From assembly GCA_951406725.2 (NCBI GenBank), contig OX597829.1:38378001-38442000 (forward strand): a stretch of DNA of 64,000 nt, in the 5' to 3' direction. Of the stretch, positions 55,992 through 64,000 are shown piece by piece (position 1 is the stretch's first letter; the number at the start of each line of letters is the position of its first letter). A model generated the notes under the pieces. The model did not search any database and was not told the origin of the DNA. It was given only the letters and a program-made list of their open reading frames with translations. Position numbers and translations under genes: made by a program. The stretch is from Octopus vulgaris. Taxonomy: Eukaryota.

Positions 55992-56725
55992 GTCAGTTAG
56001 GCACCGCCTGTGAGAAAAACGGCACCATGACGCAATTCAGTCTGGCAGAAATGTGGAAACGACATGCTGTACCAGTTGGCATTCGCGTCGGAAATTCCAA
56101 TACGAATATTTCAGAGTGTTTGGTTGTCAATCAGAGGACAGGGCAATCTGAAGATATGTATCGAGAGTGATAAAAATCAAACATATAGTCAACATCATGG
56201 TGTTTGGAGTGATCACTAGTGCTGGTGACGTTATGCTGCATTCATCTTCAACACGGAAGCCTACATTAAGTTTCTGGAGGAAGTAGTGCTATCCTGGGTC
56301 AAGAGGGTGGCTGCTGGAAGACCCTGTATCTGGCAACAGGATTCTGCACCATGCCACACAAGCAGAAGAACCCAGTCATAGCTGTCAGACAATTTCCGCA
56401 ACCACATCACCCCTAACATCTGGTCACCTAACTCCCCAGACTGCAACCCCCTTGATTATTATGTGTGGGGCACAGTTGAGCCAGAGACCAACAAAACTCC
56501 TTGTAACACTAAAGTTGAACTGAAGGCAAAGGTATTGGCAGTATTCACCAACTTAAACAAGGAGATCGTCCAAAAGTGTTGCAGGAGATTTCAATGTCGT
56601 CTAGGTGCCGTGGTTGAAGCCAATAGCAATTTTATTGAATAAATTTACTCTTTAGTCTTTCAAGATATTTTTATGTAATTTTGGTGAACATGTCTCTAAA
56701 AACGAGATGTCAGTGTTATTTTCAT
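55990..56725 (+). mobile_element. Internally deleted Tc1/mariner maT (DD37D) transposon
   Basis: IMVFGVIT; WQQDSAPCHTS..WSPNSPDCNPLDYYVWG with 37 residues counted between the last two Asp; one stop. Confidence 0.88.
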
Positions 56726-56737
56726 TGTTCAGTCATT

Positions 56738-57173
56738 ACTTGTTTCAGTCATTTGACTGCGTCTATGCTGGAGCACCTTGAAGGGTTTTAGTCGAAGAAA
56801 TCGACCCCGAAACTTATTCTTTGTAAGCTTAGTACTTTTTCTATCGAATTTCTTTTTTGCCGAACTGCTAAGTTATAGGGACATAAAAACACCAGCATCG
56901 GTTGTCAAGTGATGGAGAGGGGACAAACAGAAACACACATAAATATATACATATAAGCGATGGAGAGGGGACAAACAGAAACACACATAAATATATACAT
57001 ATATATATATAATATATATATATACGACGGGCTTCTTTCAGTTTCCGTCTGCCAAATCCACTCACAAGGCAATGGTCGGTCCTAGGCTATAGTAGCAGAC
57101 ACTTACCCGAGGTGCCACGCAGTGAGACTGAAGCCTGGACCATGTGATTGGGAAGCAAGCTTCTTACCACACA
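56738..57173 (-). mobile_element. SINE family A with a 48-bp internal tandem duplication
   Basis: Duplicate units start at 56907 and 56955. Confidence 0.88.
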
Positions 57174-57179
57174 ACCAGA

Positions 57180-58135
57180 TAGATATGGCCGGTCTATGGG
57201 GTTACCATGGGTTTCATGTCCATAAAGCGCTTAGATTTACAGAGTTTCTTCAGACCTTAAAACCCTATGGCCTCTCTAGTAAATGGAGAAGATTTCGTTA
57301 CTCTACGTCAACAACAAAGAATTGCTTCCCTTTAACTACTAGTAATTGACATGCTGACGTGTAGATTCCAGGGCGCCAGCAGGCTCCGAAGACCTCCTTC
57401 CTGGAGTTAAAGATGTTCCCCGGATCACGGGAGTACTTTGATATCCTCGACCATTCGGCTGTGCACAGTTTACAACGCTTGGTCCCATTTATGTAGAATT
57501 TTTTTCTAGGATCTTCCGTGATATTATACATGGAATTCCGTCGTCTTTCAGCCGCCATACATGGTTGGCTAAGGCTGTAGCGTATCTCCTTTCCGAGACC
57601 TTGAAAGAAAATCTGTGGTTGTAGAGGTGCTGTTTGAACGCGCTACCGGAACATCCGATGTATCTCCGTGTGCAGATGTTAGCGATTCTGTTTGTGCTGA
57701 TGTTGACGCTGCTGCTACCGTTGTTGTTGGTGCTGGTGGTGATGGTGTTGGCGTCGTTAAAGCTGGCACTGGTGTTGGTGCTGGCGCCGTTGCCGCTAAT
57801 ACTGGTGTAGGGAGAATCCCCGATGTTCTGGTAACGCGTTCAAACAGCGCATCGCCAACCGCAGGAGTTACGCTACATCCTTAGCCAACCGTTTACGGCG
57901 GTTGAAAGACGACGAAACTCCTAGGACCAACGCCAACGTGGTCAATTAATAACGGTCGAAAGAAGACAATCCCTTGATGTTGACAGTGTAACAAAGTCTT
58001 TTCCTCCTCCATTTTCTGGAGAGGTCACTTCTTAGAGAGGCCATAGGCCAACGAGCTTTAGGGTCTAAAGAAACGGTGTAAAGCTAAGCGCTTTATGGAC
58101 ATAAAACCCAGGGTAAATCCATAGACCTGCCATAC
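57180..58135 (-). mobile_element. Fold-back Penelope-like fragment with Naiad-type C-terminus and decayed hammerheads in both arms
   Basis: YINGTKRCKLCTAE..NIFNSRKEVFGAC; nested inverted arms; GGT-CTGAAGA...GAAAC-CCATG-GTA-ACC on the minus strand. Confidence 0.7.
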
Positions 58136-58282
58136 ATAACTTTATCTATATATTCTACTACTCTATAATTTGGAGTGTGCTTCTCTTTCGGATTTATGGT
58201 TTACTGAAGAGACATATATACATACATACATACATATACACGCACGCACGCACACACACACACATCCCATCCCAAAATAAAT

Positions 58283-58315
<33 letters not shown>

Positions 58316-58352
58316 CTCATATACACATATACACACATACAGAGACACACAG

Positions 58353-58408
<56 letters not shown>

Positions 58409-58666
58409 CCGCACACATACGTACATACATACATGGAGAGAAATCAATACGTTCAAACGTGTGTTTATCGATCAAAGTATGGGAGACAACTATGCATACC
58501 TTCATAATGTTCTCTGCACTGTTAACTCGTTCAGGTTGAATAAAAAAATGTCGTCACTGAAGGACGAGAATGAGGTGTGTAGATAAACATCAACATTTCG
58601 ATATGCACACGTAGCTTGCTGTGAAACGAGAAACATTTAGCGTTTCAGTATTTCTCACACATACAT

Positions 58667-58715
<49 letters not shown>

Positions 58716-58750
58716 TACACACAGATATACATAATATATGTATATACATT

Positions 58751-58806
<56 letters not shown>

Positions 58807-58809
<3 letters not shown>

Positions 58810-59019
58810 AACGTGACCGCGTGTGTACCGTTGGCGATTTATTACCTCCGCCTTCCCTTCCTTGGATCTTTCCTTTTCCTATGTTTCTGACGAAGAGCTC
58901 CGCTCGAAATGTTAAATCCTCCTTCTTTCTTTCCCTTCCTGAGCGTTCAATAACACTATACTTGTTCAACGTCCTCCCGTTGTTGTGTTTTCTCTTTGTG
59001 TTTTCATGTTTGGATTAAC
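58807..59019 (+). mobile_element. (TA)n-flanked element with minimal hammerhead-like motif (58883-58917)
   Basis: GTTT-CTGACGA-A-GAGC-TCC-GCTC-GAAAT-GTT-AAAT; shares downstream cctgagcgtt with 4137. Confidence 0.68.
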
Positions 59020-59816
59020 TATATATATATATGCACACACATACATAGACATATATTTTATATGTATGTATACACACGCATTTATTGTTGTGTCTTAGGA
59101 CAGTCATTACACCAAAAATAATAACACATGCCAGTGCGTGTCTTTTGGTGTTATGACCCTCCCAAAACTCAAAAAGATTTGTTTCAACACGAATTCACAT
59201 CAAGAATCTTGCAAACTAAATACAAAAGCGAAATACATACACACATACATACATACATACATACATACATACATACATACATACATACATACATACATAC
59301 ATACATACATACATACATACATACATACATACATACATACATACGTACGTACGTACGTACAATTTATATATGTTTTCTATACTTGAAGTAAAGTAAAATA
59401 ACTTATTTTAACTGTAATTTTACCATCATTTCTTTTTTCGGTTCATCAGTTCTTAAATAAATTCATGGAATTTCTGTTTGGTTTCACTGAAACATTTTAA
59501 TGTTGTCCATCGATATCATTAGCCGATAAGGAAATCGGAATAGACAACATGTGACCGTTGCTTGTTATTACCAATATTCAAAGATGAACGTACTTGAAAA
59601 TATTTTTATCCAAACTTTAATGCTGTTCGTATCAAAGGTTTAAGTGTAAATAAATAGTAAGATTCACATTTATTAAATTACAGTCATTACATCAGCTCGG
59701 CAAAAATACAAAGGAAAAAAAAAATCTTTCGAATTTTTCCATATAATATTCTACACGCTCTTCATTATAGCTTTATGTTCTTCAGGTTCCACCTTGAAAA
59801 ACAATTTATTTGTTGT

Positions 59817-60425
59817 AGTAAAGATTGTTTGCCAACATAATATGGCAGTCCCGGTTTAGGACTAATGTTGCTGTAATTTAGCCCCAGGAGACATCGTCTC
59901 CAGCTGGCTATACGACACGATCTGTGTCCTTATATTTTCGAACAAGAGAATCTAGCACTCCAGCTCAGCTCAAAACAATATCCGTGTATCGCAATTTCTG
60001 GGTTATTTCTCTTCATCAGCACATAATAATTCTTCGGTTAGAGGTGGCGCTGTCAGATTCCCCTTCGAAGTATATGGTTTTAAAAGTGATAACTAGTCAT
60101 TGATTTATAAATTAGAAAATTACTATTTTTAAATCTCGCAGCGTGAGATATTCAGCAGCAGTACTTTGTAGTAAATATTGTTTGTCAACATAACATGGCA
60201 GTCTTGGTTTAGGACTAATGTTGCTGTAATTCCCTTGTTCGAAAGTATAAAGACACAGATCGTGTCGTATAGCCAGCTGGAGACGATGTCTCCTGGGGCT
60301 AAATTACAGCAACATTCGTCCTAAACCAGGACTGCCATGTTATGTTGGCAAGCAATCTTTACTACAAAGTACTGTTGCTGAATATCTCACGTTGTAAGAT
60401 TTAAAAATAGTAATTTTTTAATTTA
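59817..60425 (-). mobile_element. Second copy of the 353-nt Penelope-like element
   Basis: Direct repeat at 59817/60170; inversion at about 60231; minus strand GTG-CTGATGA...GAAA-TTGCG-ATA-CAC. Confidence 0.82.
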
Positions 60426-61534
60426 TTGTTGTTTTGATTTTTTTCTGCTTTATTCGTTTGTCTTTTAATTTCTCAAAATGAACTGAGATTTGTACAAGCC
60501 AAAGGAAGCTAGTTCTGATTTATAGACAAGAATGTTTTTATCTGAAACAAAATTACTTTATTCTCAGCTAAACGAATCTGACAATTATTTCACCATTTGT
60601 TGTAGACTCAAATAAATTAGTTTTTAAATTCCAAATATACATTGACAAAGTTGTGTTCGATTTACTCCCACAAGTATTTTAATGATATCAGTGTTTGAAA
60701 GTGTATGCCGTTAGACTTAATAATTTTTTTTTTATTAAACTATTGTTTCATAACATCATTACATAATATATAATGATACTAGCTAAATAACTATCATTAA
60801 AATGCATGTTACCTCATTAGTTCAGTTACAGTTCATAGTATTATTGGTAATTTTGCAGTGCTATCGTATTTTGTCAATCGTTTTTCCTTTTTTGTCTTTT
60901 GTGCTGAATGTTTTTGTTTCATATTCCACCCTTATAAGCCTAAACTTCTATTTATGCGGGTGTGTCCTTCAGTGTTATGTATGTTTGTTATATCCACGTT
61001 AAATTTCTGTTAGCAAAAAAAAAACCTTATTCCCTCGGTTGATGCACTTATCCCATTCTTTTGCTGATATGATTTGCTTAAAATTTCCTCATTTTCTTCG
61101 TGTTTTCTATTTTATAGATCTAAGACTAAAAATAACTTTTCTGCTTTAATTTTTATTGTTGTTTTGCTAGATTCTCCACAATGTTAATGCCGGTTGGTCT
61201 TCTATGATGAGTATTTTTATCTGCTTCTTGCTCTTTTCATTTGTAGTTTGAAGCAGAGGATATATTTTTGTTATGTCTGCTTATATAAGTTCAATGTCTC
61301 CATGAGAACTTCTATTCTATCCACGAGAATTTCATCATCAGTTTGAGTTTCTAGTTCTTCTCTGCCTTTTATTTTGCTGCAATACTGTTTTTTTTTGTTT
61401 TTTCTTTTGCTGTTTGATTTATTAGAAAACATTGGTAATTTGTTAATCTGTTTTGTATTTTGAGCTGGTTCGTTTTACTGTGTTTTTGTCCCATCTCTTG
61501 CCTGTTCAATATTTAGGTATGCTATTTTATTTAA

Positions 61535-61605
61535 ATGAACAGATCTTTGTGCTGCGAACCATTGTGGAGCAGTGTATAGAATTTCAGCAACCCTTGGTCA
61601 TTAAC
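61535..61605 (+). mobile_element. 70-bp RTE RT fragment
   Basis: EQIFVLRTIVEQCIEFQQPLVIN. Confidence 0.6.
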
Positions 61606-62067
61606 TCTTACCCTTCATTCCAAACAGACACAGTCCCCCAGTCTTAGATTAAGTTGTTGATAAAAAGACAAATAAATTTAAAAAATGAACCACAATCCTT
61701 TACAAGCTACAACTCCAGTAAAGTTCATGCTTTTCTTGAAAGAGTAGTCTATTCTTAGCTACAATAGTGACAACATGGATCTCTTCCATCCTCTTGCTCT
61801 GTTAAAGTATTTGAGTAAAATTATATCAATGTATCCGGCTAATTAAAATTCTATTTATTTGTGCTGCTGATGATAGCTCTGCATTTAAATTGATGTAATG
61901 ATTGCATTGTTCAATTAAAGGGAGTCACTTGAAACGGTTGTACTGCATCACTACTTGATATCCTGTTGCTTATTTTGATTTTATTCACCTTACTTAGAGC
62001 TGTATGAATAATACCAGACTGACTTGATGCTTCAACTTAAGTACCTAATTCAACTGAATCTCAATTA

Positions 62068-62479
62068 TTTGCGAAGACCTGTTGGGGCAAGTGAAATCGA
62101 AATCGAAATTGAACCAATCCTATGACTGGCGCCCGGCAGATGCCAGGACCCCTGGATTGGTGGTACGTAAAAAGCACTATCCGCATCGTGGCCGATGCCA
62201 GCGCCGCCTTGACTGGCTTCCGTGCCGGTGGCACGTAAAATGCACCAATCCGACCGTGGCCGATGCCAGCCTCGCCTGGCACCAGTGCAGGTGGCACGTA
62301 AAAAGCACCCACTACACTCATGGAGTGGTTGGCGTTAGGAAGGGCATCCAGCTGTAGAAACATTGCCAGATAAGACTGGAGCCTGGTGCAGACTTCTGGC
62401 TTCCCAGATCCCCGGTCGAACCGTCTCACCCATGCTAGCATGGAGAACGGACGTTAAACGTTGATGATGATGATGATGA

Positions 62480-62483
<4 letters not shown>
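62068..62483 (+). mobile_element. LINE/SINE 3' end (RTE-type) with internal tandem units and (GAT)n tail
   Basis: Three tgg(c/t)acgtaaaa..gcac units; tggttggcgttaggaagggcatccagc; gacgttaaacg(GAT)n. Confidence 0.75.
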
Positions 62484-62547
<64 letters not shown>

Positions 62548-62551
<4 letters not shown>

Positions 62552-63497
62552 GAAAAAATGGAGTCGAACGACGATTTAACAAAATTCCTTTATTCTCGAC
62601 ATATGTTTCGAAGACTGCATATTCTTAATTCCGAAGGAATAAAGGGTGCATTATGCCGTCTTCTCATCAGGAAAGACAAGGAACTTATGTCAGCATCATG
62701 ACGAACAAAAACTTTTAGATGACTGCCCACACGGAGTCCATAGTGATAATGAGTGTTTCTTTAAAATATTCCGTTATAAGCAGTGACGTCAAAAATGGTT
62801 GGATGGATAAGATTCTAAAACGTTCAAGAGTTCAAAAATGGTTGTAAGGGGCAGGTTCTAAGAATAGGGGGGTGACAGAGTGCAAGTCATATGTATGGTG
62901 ATGCGTTGTTGTTTGCTTTTGCCAATGAGATTGAGTGCCTATGTGTGTGCATGTATATAACTGCATTCGTGTCTGTGTGTGTATATGTGTGCGTGATTGT
63001 TTGTGTGGGGGGATAAATGCCAAATATATCTAGTGGTGAAGTGACAGGTTTGTGTCTGTGTGTTTGATTGTGCTTATGATAGAGAGAGGGAGAGAGAGAG
63101 AGAGGGGGGAGAGGTAGAGAGACAAAGGTAGAACATACCCCAACGAATTTGGTAGTAGGCCTTCAAGTAACGGAGTATAAAAAAATTTTGCCTATGGTGT
63201 TGTTGTAGATGTGGAACCAAATTTTTAAATTCAAGGAGGTTATCTATATTAATCATCATTCATATGAGTGGAAGGTGTGCTTCTGCCAGTGCATGCACCT
63301 ATAGGATTTTTCTACCATTGTGTTTACTAAAGGGAATTTGGCGAAAAGTATATAGAAAAGCTCGGAATTACAGACGACACAATATTTTCTGCCCTTATCA
63401 AAAGGAAAGGATACAGACAATATGGACCATTCCAGCTTGAAAGTTATATTGCTGTCCTTAAAACGCCAAACTAGGATAATTCATTCAACTACTTAAA
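62548..63497 (-). mobile_element. Naiad-type Penelope-like 3' end between (TA)n tracts
   Basis: LVWRFKDSNITFKLEWSILSVSFPFDKGRKYCVVCNSELFYILFAKFPLVNTMVEKSYRCMHWQKHTFHSYE* at about 63258-63475; homologous to 51010-51220. Confidence 0.85.
62594..62674 (-). ncRNA. Type-I hammerhead ribozyme, canonical core
   Basis: TTTC-CTGATGA-GAAGAC...GTCTTC-GAAAC-ATAT-GTC-GAGA; GUC site. Confidence 0.82.
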
Positions 63498-63498
63498 C

Positions 63499-63590
<92 letters not shown>

Positions 63591-64000
63591 ATATGTGCGT
63601 GTGTGTAGAAATGTAAATTGATTTGCTTGATTCGAAATAAACAATGTTATAATATCATTGCAGAGTACACTCTACAATGATACCACAACATACATCATGA
63701 AGATATATATTTAAAAATTATAGTGACAAGATTTGTGAAGAAGTTGTTAAGTTGTTAAACAACGTATTCAGTCAGAAAGTCAATTGTCAGTTTTAAAATA
63801 AACTTACATGAAAAGAATAATGCTGCTAGTTACATAACTGCAAATGAAAATGGCCAATTAATCAAAGTCTCTTTCATAATGCGAATTTCTTAAAAAATAC
63901 ATGATTAATTCTTTAGATGTTTTGTCCTGAAAAATGGCAATTATTTTCAGACATATTATTGTCAAAGAACACAATCCCAGAATGCATTATGGATATTTCT

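Noticed and set aside
57569-57884. Thr/Pro/Ala- or Val/Gly-rich ORFs resembling mucin-like proteins
   Set aside because: Low-complexity centre of a fold-back transposon fragment, without splice signals

Overview
AT-rich, microsatellite-dense eukaryotic intergenic/intronic DNA. The SINE families and (TA)n/(GATA)n/(CATA)n/(AAT)n load strongly suggest an octopus-type cephalopod genome (inference). No intact protein-coding gene is supportable; most track ORFs are microsatellite artefacts or decayed transposon frames. The window holds decayed LINEs (RTE, two CR1-type, Tx1/L1-type, R4/Dong), Penelope-like GIY-YIG fragments of the Naiad type, DNA-transposon remnants (mariner, maT DD37D, two hAT, MITEs, a probable Helitron) and at least four tRNA-derived SINE families. 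The main hidden signal is about 13 type-I hammerhead-ribozyme-like motifs (CUGANGA...GAAA...NUH) from several unrelated families. They sit in short non-coding elements with Penelope-style tandem and inverted termini, mostly inserted into (TA)n tracts, and two lie in the 3' ends of Naiad-like GIY-YIG elements. All folds were assigned by eye and are untested. Two weak minus-strand exon candidates may belong to a host gene.
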